Assembly (NCBI GenBank): GCA_023205875.1
Contig: CP060759.1
Location: 558,001 to 622,000, forward strand
DNA: 64,000 bases
From: Chloropicon primus
Taxonomy: Eukaryota
Direction: 5' to 3'
Shown here: positions 1-10,374 of the stretch, in pieces
Numbering within the stretch: position 1 is the first letter of the stretch
Layout: every line of letters starts with the position of its first letter
Made by a program: the position numbers and the translations under genes
Notes under the pieces: generated by a model
What the model was told of the DNA's origin: nothing
Database searches by the model: none
Seen by the model: only the letters and a program-made list of their open reading frames with translations

Positions 1-48
1 GGGCTCGCTTCGCTTCGTTACGTTACGTTGTTGCTTCTGGAAGGCGCT

Positions 49-2457
49 ATGGGTATGCAAAACTACACGGTGCAGAAAAAGATAGGCACCGGGTCCTACG
101 GGAGTGCGTACTTGGTGACCAAGAACGAGAACAAGGGCCGGAACGACACGAAGCTCGTGCTGAAGCGGATCAACATCAAGGATGCCACCAAGGAGGAAAA
201 GCAGGCCGCTCACTTCGAGGCGAAGATACTGAAGGAGTTCACGCACCCCTACGTTCTGAGCTGCAAAGACTCTTTTCAGCACGGGCCGTATATGTGTATC
301 ATAACTGACTACTGCGAGGCGGGCGACTTGTACGAGAGGCTGAAGAAGCAGTCTCAGAAGGGGCAGTACCTGGATGAGAAGCACATCCTGCGCTGGCTCG
401 TGCAGATCAGCACGGCGCTTCAGTACGTGCACGAGAAGAACCTCCTGCACAGAGATCTCAAGACGCAGAACATATTTTTGACGGGCAAGGGGGACATCAT
501 GCTTGGTGACTTCGGGATAGCCAGGGTCCTCAAGTCGAAGAAAGACATGGCGAGGACGGTCATCGGGACTCCGTATTACATGAGTCCCGAGATTGTTGGG
601 AACAAGCCCTACAGCTACAAGTCGGACTTGTGGTCTCTCGGTTGCATACTGTTTGAGATGATGTCCCTGAAGCACGCTTTCGACGCGAACGACATGAACG
701 GCCTCATCATGAAGATCATGAGGGGGAAGATCCCCCCGCTGCCAAACAAGTACTCGAACGAACTCAAGCAGCTCACCACGGCCCTGCTTTGCAAGATACC
801 AAGCAGAAGGCCGTCCCTCGAGTCGATACTGAAGATGAAGTTTTTGCAGAGTACTGTGAAGGGAGTGCAGGCTGCTATTGTACAATATAGTGAGAAACAC
901 GTGAGCAACGTCAACGGCTACGCAAACGGGCTCTTGAATAATGGGCACCAAGTGAGGGTCGATAAGAGTATACCAGACATGAGGAAGCAGCTTCAGATTC
1001 AGATGCAGAAGCAGAATGTGGATCCAAGACCAAAGTCAAGGGAGAAGCAGATGATTGATCCACGAAAGATCAGGGCGAAGCCCCAAGCGGCCAACGTTCC
1101 GAAGCAAAGGATCCAGCCAAAGCAAATCCAGCGCCAGGAGCCATCGCTTGATATTGCAGTTGATATCGCAGAGCAGAGGTTGAAAAACATACACAAGGAG
1201 TTCAGAGCAGTTAGGGTGCAGGCCAAGAAGCTTGAGGAGGCAGTAAATCTTTCTGAGGACGAGGTTCGCGTGCAGAAGCTGAGGCAGAAGGACGTGAATA
1301 GGCACCACCAGTACGCCAATCCATCGAACCAAAATAAAGCTCAAGGCAGGGCCAAGACGCCCGAGAGAAGGCGAAGGTCTGGCGGCCCAGAGTTCAACCA
1401 CCACAGGGAGGAGCCGAGGCGCAGGTCGGCGGGCTCGGACATGAACCAACACCACAGGGAGGAGCCGAGGCGCAGGTCGGCGGGCTCGGACATGAACCAA
1501 CACCACAGGGAGGAGCCGAGGCGCAGGTCGGCGGGCTCGGACATGAACCAACACCACAGGGAGGAGCCGAGGCGCAGATCGGCGGGCTCGGACATGAACC
1601 CAAAGGAGAGAGCCAAGGATGCCAGGATGCAGAGGAAGCTGGAAGAGAACAGGAAGTACGAACAGCAGCTCGAGGAGGCGAGGAAGTCCTATTTCAAGGA
1701 GAAAAAAGCTGCAATGCAGAAGAAGCAGGACCTGTACAAGGAATCCACTCCACCTCGACCTCGCTCTGCCCAGGCTCGGTATGAGGATGACGTCAATGAA
1801 GTGCGAAATCTGATGGATTACGGGGATTATGGGGAAGCGCCACTTCAGCCGATCCAGGAGCAGTGGGATGATGCCCTTGAAGCAAAAAGGAGGTATGAAG
1901 AGCAGCTTGAGGAAGCTAGGAGATCGTACTACCAGGAGAAGAAGGCCGCGCTGGAGAAGAAGCAGGACATGTACAGAGAATCCTCTCCACCGTCCTCCTC
2001 GGAGCCACCCCAGTACCACGGCCACGGTAACGTGGACTATGGGGACCACAAGAATGACTTCGTGGTGCAAGAGGAGATGGTGTACGGCAACGGTAATGGT
2101 GGTCACAACGCGGCGGACTACGACAACGGGAATTACGAGTTCCAGGTCGAAGAGTCCTTCGTCTACAACGCGATACCAGAAGAGAATGAAGACAATGAAG
2201 ACATCGACGCAGGTGTCTTTGCGCAAGGTGAAGTTGTTGACAAAGTGAATGCCATAAGGGATTACTGCCTCGAGAAGCTGGGCAGCGTGCTCTTCCACGA
2301 GCTTTGTGGCCTAATCAAGCTGCACAACTCGCGGGCTCTAACCTCGACTTCGGACGTGGAGTACGCGGGCGAAATCCTCGAAAGGCTCGGGGAGAAAAGA
2401 ATACATTTCGCTGGCCTCATTGATCACTTGCTGTACTTGGAAGAGCAGCTGTACTGA
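49..2457 (+). CDS. NIMA-related Ser/Thr kinase (NEK1/NEK4-like)
   Basis: N-terminal kinase domain with IGTGSYG, HRDLKTQNIFL, DFG, GTPYYMSPE; long charged/coiled-coil tail. First ATG at 49; single exon; TGTAA at 2514. Confidence 0.92.
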   Translation: MGMQNYTVQKKIGTGSYGSAYLVTKNENKGRNDTKLVLKRINIKDATKEEKQAAHFEAKILKEFTHPYVLSCKDSFQHGPYMCIITDYCEAGDLYERLKKQSQKGQYLDEKHILRWLVQISTALQYVHEKNLLHRDLKTQNIFLTGKGDIMLGDFGIARVLKSKKDMARTVIGTPYYMSPEIVGNKPYSYKSDLWSLGCILFEMMSLKHAFDANDMNGLIMKIMRGKIPPLPNKYSNELKQLTTALLCKIPSRRPSLESILKMKFLQSTVKGVQAAIVQYSEKHVSNVNGYANGLLNNGHQVRVDKSIPDMRKQLQIQMQKQNVDPRPKSREKQMIDPRKIRAKPQAANVPKQRIQPKQIQRQEPSLDIAVDIAEQRLKNIHKEFRAVRVQAKKLEEAVNLSEDEVRVQKLRQKDVNRHHQYANPSNQNKAQGRAKTPERRRRSGGPEFNHHREEPRRRSAGSDMNQHHREEPRRRSAGSDMNQHHREEPRRRSAGSDMNQHHREEPRRRSAGSDMNPKERAKDARMQRKLEENRKYEQQLEEARKSYFKEKKAAMQKKQDLYKESTPPRPRSAQARYEDDVNEVRNLMDYGDYGEAPLQPIQEQWDDALEAKRRYEEQLEEARRSYYQEKKAALEKKQDMYRESSPPSSSEPPQYHGHGNVDYGDHKNDFVVQEEMVYGNGNGGHNAADYDNGNYEFQVEESFVYNAIPEENEDNEDIDAGVFAQGEVVDKVNAIRDYCLEKLGSVLFHELCGLIKLHNSRALTSTSDVEYAGEILERLGEKRIHFAGLIDHLLYLEEQLY
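1399..1600 (+). repeat. Coding minisatellite, 4 x 51 bp (HHREEPRRRSAGSDMNQ)
   Basis: Near-identical units start at 1399, 1450, 1501 and 1552. Confidence 0.95.
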
Positions 2458-2513
2458 TGAAAAGTCAAACGAAGCTCTCCGATTAAACCACAATCTTTCT
2501 CTTATTGTTGTAC

Positions 2514-2518
2514 TGTAA
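2514..2518 (+). promoter_or_regulatory. TGTAA polyadenylation signal (representative of many)
   Basis: TGTAA lies just 3' of, or overlaps, stop codons: + strand at 2514, 10792, 24991, 34211, 47052; - strand (TTACA on +) at 25046, 29117, 31145, 57540, 61040. UGUAA is the known chlorophyte signal. Confidence 0.7.
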
Positions 2519-2523
2519 TGAAA

Positions 2524-4576
2524 TCAGTATTTGAAGAAACGGAACTCTGCCATGAGCGCGATGTGGTCCGATGACCACTCGGCATTTGGAAGAGCTGATA
2601 CGTTCCTTCTGAAAATATCGTTTTCATCTGGCAGCTCGAGAACCGCACTAGTCACAAGGGAGTCGCCCGTGTAAAACATGTAGTCGATTGCTCCTTGGAA
2701 GTCCATAGTGTAGTTTGTGAACTTTGGCTCACAGGTTTCCTCGTCCATGCACTTCTTCTGCTTTTTCGCGGCAGGCGTCTGCAGCGCAGGGCCTTGCTGG
2801 GCCAGCGCCGCGTACGCACTCATCAGTGGTAGCTGATGGCAAAGCTTGGAAGGTGGCCTCAGAATTCCAAGCGGGTCTACGCTAAGCTCGGGGTGGTCCA
2901 CAGGCACTCTTCCTTGAGCTAATAAGCTGTGGGCAGCACTCCCTGGCACGCTATTGAAGTCCCCTGAAACAAGCATGGGGATGTTAGCGCTCGCCGCTAT
3001 CTTTTCTAGCCCCTTGAGAAGAGTGTGCACTTGCCAAAGCTTCACATCCTTCAACTCCTGGTTTGCGTGGATGTGCGTGTTTGCAACACACAACAGCTGC
3101 CTCTTCCCCGCAGCAGCAGCTGCTGGATCTGGTGGCTCCAGTGCTTCCAGCACTACAATCAAAGCTACATTGTCCTTCAAGAGTCTGTTCAACGCTGCCT
3201 TCTTTTGGGAGTTCGCGCTCAGGGCCTCTGAAAGGGACATCGCCGCCTTGTTGAACTCAACATCATACTTTTTGATGATGCTGAATCTGTCCCTCCTGTA
3301 AAAGGTGCCACACCCATCAATCACCATGTTTCCACCTGCGTAGACCTCTGATGTCTTCTTCTTGTATACAGAGTCATAACCATACTTTGAGAACTCTGGC
3401 TTGAAGAAATTCTCGTAGTGATCGCTCTGCACCTCCTGCAAGCAAAAGATGTCCGGCCTGTACGAAACGATCTCCTTCAGCAAGTTCATTCTCCTGTACG
3501 TCCATTTCAGTCCCCACTTTGGACAGTTTGTGTACATGTCAGGATTCGCATAAATGTCTGATAATACATTGTAGGTGAGGAGCGTGAACTTGCCCGTCGC
3601 CACCGACCCCTTGATCCCGTCGAGCGCTAGGGGCATCATGGTCCTCGTCGGTGGCTTTGGTGTTGGTGCCACGGGCTCCGTTTCGAGCGTGCTCGCAGCA
3701 GTCATGCCATGCGGGTGCTCCTTGCTGACAGGAACACACTCGTACTTCAAGACATGGCCGATGTCCTCCACGGTCGGAGTGTATGTCCTTGTCCTGGCAA
3801 CCTCTACCCAGCTTTCCCCCCCTGGACCGCGTATATGTACAGTGTTGTTCGTCGTCGTGTCTGCAGCATACCCTTCGCTAGACTTCCTTGAAGGCTTCCC
3901 GTTCTCCTCATACTGCTTGAGGAGCTTCTTGTGCTCCGGCCACGCCTGAGCAAAGCACTGCGTGCTGCAGAAGTAACTCCGCGATAGAGGAACATTCAGC
4001 TGCGGGATCGACAAAAGCAGAGAGGAATTTTTCGGTTCAGTTTTCGGTTTCGCCGCAGCAAGCAAGCACGCGGCCGCCTGTTTCTGTGCTCCATGGGGGA
4101 GCGCTGGGAAGAGAGAAACAAGGCTTATCCGAAAGCACGCGCGCGGGAGCCCTCCCCCGGCGCGAGTGCGCTCCTTCCTTCCTTCCAAGAAGGACCGCCG
4201 TCGCCCCAATCCTTACCTTGACGCAGCTCAAGCACTGCACGGTCGCTTCTAGGTCGGGGTGGTAGCTACAGAAGGCACCCGTGCGCCCTCCGAGGCAGCG
4301 ATACCAGCGGCTCCTCAAAGCAACCTCGCCACTCTTCAGCTCCACTCCGTCTCCCGCCTCCCTGTATTGGTCCGCGTCTATCTTCTTGTAGTTCGTCAGA
4401 CCATTCGCGCTCATCCCCGCACTCGCTAAGTTCCCGTGGCCGTTCCTCGATAACGTCGTGGACGTGTTCGCGTTTGGGTCATGATCTGTTCTCAGGGTCA
4501 CTCTCGGAGTCAAGCTTATCCCTATGACAGGGGTGTCCCCTGGCTCCAAGGCCGCCCTGTCCACCCAGACGGACAT
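2524..4576 (-). CDS. CCR4: CCR4 poly(A) deadenylase, plant type (EEP nuclease with N-terminal Zn-ribbon-like region)
   Basis: Exons 4576-4217 and 3999-2524; GTAAGG...CCGCAG intron 4216-4000, phase 0. Motifs TYNVL, CLQEVQ, GDFNS, IDYMF, SDHIAL. Confidence 0.92.
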
Positions 4577-5406
4577 CCTCGATCCTCACCGCTCTCCCTC
4601 CTGCTCGCGCCACCCCACAACAAAACACGACACGACAAAACACAGACAAAACACGACACGGAACAGAACAAACAAAACACGACGACACCACGCTTGCGTT
4701 TAGTCTCACAACCTCGTCATCCCCGCACCATTTCTTCCAAGCGAGGGCTCTTTCGAAAGCCCGGAACACGACGGTTGTTAAGCCGTCGCCCTCGTTCCGC
4801 CCTCGTCCTCGCCCTCGTCCCCGTCCTCCTCCTTTGTCGTACCTCTTCGCCCAAGCCCCTCCCTTCCCCGCTCTCCGCTCTTTCAAAAATTAACATGGTT
4901 TTTCCATTATGTTCCTAAAAAAAATGCAAAGAGGAGGAGAGAGGAGGAGGTTTTAATTTACCAGAGAGACTTTTCCTTTTCCCAAGGAGCCCGAGGGGAG
5001 AGGATGGAGGAGAACAAGAGGAGTGGAGTCCTTCATGATGGATGCATGGCACTTGGTCAGATTGGATTCCAGAAACACACACAAGCATAGCAAGGATAGC
5101 AAGGAATTGAGATTAGCTTCCGCTTCCCCGACAACTTTTTTTTCCAGGAGAGGGAGAGGGGAGGAGGAAAGGGTGCCAGTCCCGAGTCCTCGTCCTCGTC
5201 CTTGTCGATGTCATGTGGCAGACGGCATCATGGATACCACACCACTGCCTCTTGGTCTGCTACCTTGGATTCCAGCAACTTTTTCTAGGGATGACAGCAG
5301 CCATAATCGCATTATTTTTAATCTCACAAATTATGGTGTGATAATAGTATTGTTATACAAGTCTGTGTGGGCGGGCGTGGGCGTGATAAAGTTGGCGCTC
5401 CCCTTG

Positions 5407-7170
5407 TCAGGTGTCCTTCTCCGATCGAATGACCATGCGCTCGCCGCTGCCCCACTTGGTGTACACAAACGCGCCGCTGATGTAAAAGAATAAGGTTGGG
5501 CCGAACAGGCTGAGGTACCACGAGTCCGTGTGGTCGAGCAGCCACCCGGTGAAGGGGACTCCCACGACGCCAGGGATGCTGCCGAATATGTTCGTGATCG
5601 CCAGCAGAATGGACGCGTACTTTGGGGCAATGTCCTGGTGGTTCGAATACAGCCCCGCGAAGGAGAACGTCTGGAGCCCCAAGCCCAGGGGCAGCAGCCA
5701 GGTGGAGAGCTGCTTGTCTTCGCTGAATATGCACGCGAGCATGCACCCGGCAGGGCTCAGGAAGGCCACGGACTGCATGATCTTCCTCACCAGCGTCACG
5801 CTTACACCTCGCTCGACGAGGCCGTCCGCCAAGGGCGCCGCGACGACCGACACCGCGATGCCCGCGATCGGAGGAAGGAGAGCGAGGTGGGCCGCCCCCT
5901 GCAAGTCCACGCTGAGGTAGTCCTTGTAGAACGTCGGCAGCCAGGACAAGATCGTGTAGACGGCCCAGTTATTGCAGAAGTGGATGTACGTCAAGGCTCT
6001 CAGCGGCGTGTGCTGCACAAACTGCCCCCAAGGGATCCCCTCGTCCTCCCCCGGCTCCTCGGCGCCAGCCTTTTCCCCCTCGGCGCCGTTCTCCGCGGAC
6101 TCGGCCGCCGCAACCGGTTCGGCCTCGGCCTCGACGTTCGTCGGGACCACGGCGTCGAACCAGTAGCACCAAGCGACCCCGATGACCCCAAACCCGACGA
6201 ACACGGACGGCCAGCCCAGGCCCTCTATGAGGGTTGGCGCCACCGTCAAGCCAACGACCGTGCCCATGTTCAAACCACCGAAAACGATGCTAGTTGCCCT
6301 CGACCTCTCGTTCACGGGAACGTACCGCGAGATCACATCCACGGCAGCCGGAGGACTAACCCCCTCGCCCAGTCCCACGAGGAGGCGCGACAGGGAGAGC
6401 CACCGGATGTCCCCGGCCACGAAGGGCACGGCCGCGGTGGCTATGCTCCACAGGGCGACCCCAAACGGCAGAACCCTCTGGCCTCCGAACTTGTTCGCGA
6501 GCCAACCCCCGGGAAGCTGCGCGAAGAGATACCCGTAGAAGAATGCGCTCTGAATGAAACCCGCTGTAGTGGGCGTCCACCCGTAGTCTGCAGCCATGGG
6601 AATGATGGCTATGGAGATGTTCACCTTATCCATGTTGCACACTACGAACGACAGAGCCATCGACAACACTATCTTGTACCGATACGGCGTCTCGTCCCAC
6701 TTGCTGGAGAGATCGTCGTAGGCGCCCTTCAGCAGACCGTGGTCGGCCTCCTCCAGCGACCCCTTTCCCTCATCACCCAAGCCAGAAGTCGTTGACTCCT
6801 CGCCTGAGGACAACGCAGGCGTCGGAGACCCTTTCTCCTCATTCCTGTCGCCCTCCCGCGCCCCAGCTCGCACCCGTCGAGGTCCCCCCACTTCTCCCCG
6901 AACAAATCCCCTCCACGCCCGCGATCCCTCGCCCCTTGCGAAGGCACGACCACGAACACCTCCCCTTCCTCCCTCCCTCTCCCTCCCTTCTCCTCTGTCT
7001 CTGTCTCTGTTCCAACTCTTGTGCCCGAACGCAAGCTCTTGCCCCCTCGCGCAACGGAGGAGAAGGGCGGCACGAGGGCGACGGCATGGCGGCCGGGTCG
7101 TTGTCTTCCGCCTCCCCCTCGCCAGCCCCGCCTCGACCGGCACAACCACCACCACGGGCGAAGCCATCAT
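5407..7170 (-). CDS. MFS anion/phosphate transporter (PHT4/ANTR family), probably plastid-targeted
   Basis: CNMDKVNISIAIIPM, SAFFYGY, GLGEGV, NHQDIAPKYA motifs; many hydrophobic segments; Arg-rich transit-peptide-like N-terminus. Confidence 0.88.
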   Translation of the reverse strand: MMASPVVVVVPVEAGLARGRRKTTTRPPCRRPRAALLLRCARGQELAFGHKSWNRDRDRGEGREREGGRGGVRGRAFARGEGSRAWRGFVRGEVGGPRRVRAGAREGDRNEEKGSPTPALSSGEESTTSGLGDEGKGSLEEADHGLLKGAYDDLSSKWDETPYRYKIVLSMALSFVVCNMDKVNISIAIIPMAADYGWTPTTAGFIQSAFFYGYLFAQLPGGWLANKFGGQRVLPFGVALWSIATAAVPFVAGDIRWLSLSRLLVGLGEGVSPPAAVDVISRYVPVNERSRATSIVFGGLNMGTVVGLTVAPTLIEGLGWPSVFVGFGVIGVAWCYWFDAVVPTNVEAEAEPVAAAESAENGAEGEKAGAEEPGEDEGIPWGQFVQHTPLRALTYIHFCNNWAVYTILSWLPTFYKDYLSVDLQGAAHLALLPPIAGIAVSVVAAPLADGLVERGVSVTLVRKIMQSVAFLSPAGCMLACIFSEDKQLSTWLLPLGLGLQTFSFAGLYSNHQDIAPKYASILLAITNIFGSIPGVVGVPFTGWLLDHTDSWYLSLFGPTLFFYISGAFVYTKWGSGERMVIRSEKDT

Positions 7171-7295
7171 CTCTTCATCCTGTGGCCTTCCTGGCCGGGT
7201 TCAAAACCAAGCCAGCTGCTCCAGGCCTCAACATCGGGAGGAGGGTGGGATTGGATAGGATGGATGAGAGAGAGAGAGGGAGGGAGGGAGGGGGT

Positions 7296-7451
7296 TGGCT
7301 GATGAGATTGCTGGGCTGGACTCCCTCTCTCAGACCGGCTGGTGCTTCTCCCTGTGAGCATAGGGCTGGCCTCTTTCCTGACCTGTGGAGAGAGAGGGAG
7401 GGAGTTGTTTGATGGCTGATGAGATTGCTGGGCTGGCCTCCCTCTCTCAGA
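7296..7451. repeat. Direct repeat of about 39 bp, spacing 117 bp
   Basis: TGGCTGATGAGATTGCTGGGCTGG(A/C)CTCCCTCTCTCAGA at 7296 and 7413, each preceded by a GA-rich tract. Confidence 0.85.
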
Positions 7452-7534
7452 ACAAGTGTGGATGGATGAAGTGTTCTTTGCTTTAGTTTCTGAAACGACT
7501 GAATCGTTTGATATGCGTGCCGTGCTCATTGGAA

Positions 7535-9095
7535 TTAGGCGCACATGGCATGTGGGTCGATGACGAACTTCTTCGCGGCTCCCTTGTCAAAGTCGGTGTA
7601 GCCCCTCGGCGCGTCGTCCAAGCTGATGAGCTCCACGTTCACGGCCTTGGCGATGTCAATCTTGTCGAAGAGAATGGCGTTCATGAGATCCTTGTGGTAC
7701 TTCATCACTGGGGTCTGACCGGTGTAAAAGTAGAGGGACTTGGCCCAGCCGAGTCCGATTCTCAGGCTGAGGTTACCGAACTGAGCAGCCTCGTCGACGG
7801 CGCCCGGGTCCTCGGTCACGTAAAGGCCGGGGATACCGACACCGCCACCGCACTTGGTGACAGCCATGCAGTCGTTAAGAACCTGGGCAGGGACCTCTCT
7901 GCTGTGGTCGTGGCCGCAGCCTCTGGCCTCGAAGCCGACGCAGTCGACAGCGCAGTCGACCTCGGGCTCCCTGAGAATGTCGTAAATCTGGTCCTGGATG
8001 GGGCCCTTGGAGATGTTCACGGTCTCGCATCCAAAGGCTCTGGCTTGGGCGAGGCGCTCCTCGTTCAAGTCCGCCACGATGACGCAAGCGGCTCCGAGGA
8101 GCTGGGCTCCGGCCGCGGACGCAAGGCCCACAGGGCCAGCTCCGGCGATGTAGACGGTCTTGCCAGGCTTCACTCCCGCCATGACAGCGCCATGAAATCC
8201 TGTGGGGAAGATGTCGCTCAACAAGGTCAAGTCCTGGATCTTCTCCATGGCGTGGTCCTTGTCCGGGAACTTGAGCAGGTTGAAGTCTGCGTAAGGGACC
8301 ATGACGTACTCGGCCTGACCGCCGATCCAGCCGCCCATATCGACGTAGCCGTAGGCCGCGCCAGGTCTGGCAGGGTTCACGTTGAGGCAAACGCCGGTGT
8401 GGCCCGCCTTGCACATGGGACACCTGCCACAGGCAATGTTGAAGGGCACCGAGCACAAATCACCCTTCTTGATGAACTCGACATCGGAGCCGCACTCTAC
8501 CACCTCTCCCGTGATCTGCCATTTTACGGACACAGAGAGAAAACGTTTCTTCCGTCAGTCTTCGCCCTGGGATCAAACGACGCACCCGATGCTCCGCCCC
8601 TCCTCTCTCCTCTCGGGATCGATCGAGACTCACCTCATGCCCAAGCACCATATGTCCTCCGGGGAGGGAGGTACGGCCGCGAACCATGTGCTGGTCCGAC
8701 CCGCAGATGTTCGTGGAAACGACCTTGAGAATCACTCCGTGCTGGCACTTGCGCTTCTGCCTCTCGGAGACAACTGGACTCGACGTGCTGTCCAGTTCCA
8801 GCTTTGGGAAAGGAATGTCTTGGACCTCCACGTGGTTTGGTCCCATGAAAATCACGCCACGGTTTCCCGTGGCCGAGGACGCGTACCCGCGGCTCTTGGG
8901 GATCTCGAATCCCTTGAAGCAAGCGGCGCACCCGCACGACCCTCCGTGTGCCCTGCCGAGCTTGCACGCGTGGCAAGGACAGCCAAGACCGTGGCCTCCT
9001 CCCAAGTTTCCTACACCAGTGTTGGCCAGAGCAGCTGCTGTGCCACGCTGCACCAGACGCACCGAAGACGCAAGCCTGTTCGTTACTCCTGACAT
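7535..9095 (-). CDS. fdhA: Glutathione-independent formaldehyde dehydrogenase (FdhA-type Zn-MDR) with N-terminal extension
   Basis: Exons 9095-8634 and 8515-7535; GTGAGT...GGCAG intron 8633-8516, phase 0, joins GHE|ITGEV. Motifs KVVSTNICGSDQHMVRGRT, ACGRC..C....TGVC, YGYVDMG, GAGPVG, GLYVTEDPGAVD, GQTPVMKY, KKFVIDPH match Pseudomonas-type FdhA as recalled. Confidence 0.93.
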
Positions 9096-10010
9096 CTTTC
9101 TTTCTTTCTCTCTCTCTCTCTCTCTCTTGGACCTTTCTCTCTCGGAACTAAAACACATAAACGTTGTCAGCTTATCCTGATGCCCATCCCTTAATCAATA
9201 CTTTTGGATAAAACCAAGGGAGAGAGGATTGGAAACGGTGTGACAAGCCATGCCACGGGTGGTGTGTTATGGTGCCTTGTTCCATCGTTCAGGGGTTGGC
9301 ACCAAGTTGGTCGCCTTACCTTGTGGTGGGACTCAATGTCACGAGGAATGGATTGGATCTTGAAACCTGATCGTATACACCTCAGCTGTCTCTCGCCTCC
9401 TTTGATTGGTCGGACGGTTTGAATTGGAATTCAAATTTGAACGTCGGAAACGTGCCGAGCCCGAGCGACGAAAAATGGACGAGGAGGCCACGAGGCCACG
9501 AGGCGGGTCCTCCTCCTCCAAGCAAAGGGAGCCTCCTCTCGCCCTCTCGCTCGCTCTTTCTTTCCCTCCATTCTGTCTTTCTTTCTCTCTCTTGGTTCTG
9601 TGTCGAGATCGGGGTGGGAAGGTGGTGTCACCTTCCTAGTGATGAGGTGGTGCTGGTTGAGGTGACCGCAATGAGGAAGCGGTGCACCTGGTCGACACCC
9701 ACCTGACACTACCGCAATCAGCAAACCGCTCCCTCTCTCTGCAAGGTGGAAGAGGTTGAGAAACCAGCATCCCAAGGCGTGAGACGAGACAAAGAGACAA
9801 AGAGAGAGAAACAGGCAATGGCCTCATCATTGTTCCTCACCATTCCTTCCTCTCCTGTCCACCGCCATCGCGATCCCTCCTACCTCTGAGCTTTTCTTCC
9901 AAAATATCTTGCATGATTGGGCTCGTGGCGTGGCGAGCAATAGAGAGAGAGAGAGAGGAAGCGAAGCGACGAGGACGAGGACGAGGACGAGGACGGGGAC
10001 GGGGAGCGCA

Positions 10011-10342
10011 ATGGCAGGGTGCAAGGTCAATTACTCACGCCGCGTCTTGGGACCTCGAGGAGGTCGTCTTCCGGAAACCTTAAGGTCGTTTACCGGAGGA
10101 GGACACGTCTCCTCCTCGACACCAGCAGCAGCAGTGGTGGTGGTGGAGAACGCCGCGAGAGGTTTCCCGCCCAAGAGACTTGTCCTTCGCAGGGCCACGG
10201 AGAGCGAGGAGGATGCCCAAGTCACCCGCTTCAGGAGACAGCTCGACAAGGAGTACATGGAGGGCAAGATCGAGGAGGCCGTGCGAGGTGAGTGCCAGTC
10301 CGTCCGTCAGGAAACGTTTCGTTTCGCAAAAGGAACTCATCT

Positions 10343-10374
<32 letters not shown>

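Noticed and set aside
7535..9095. Bacterial contamination as the source of fdhA
   Set aside because: It has a canonical GT-AG intron, an N-terminal targeting-like extension, a GA-repeat 5' region and eukaryotic neighbours.
9637..9711. SECIS element (ATGA...GA hairpin)
   Set aside because: Lies between two 5' ends rather than in a 3' UTR, stem geometry does not fit, and no in-frame UGA gene is nearby.
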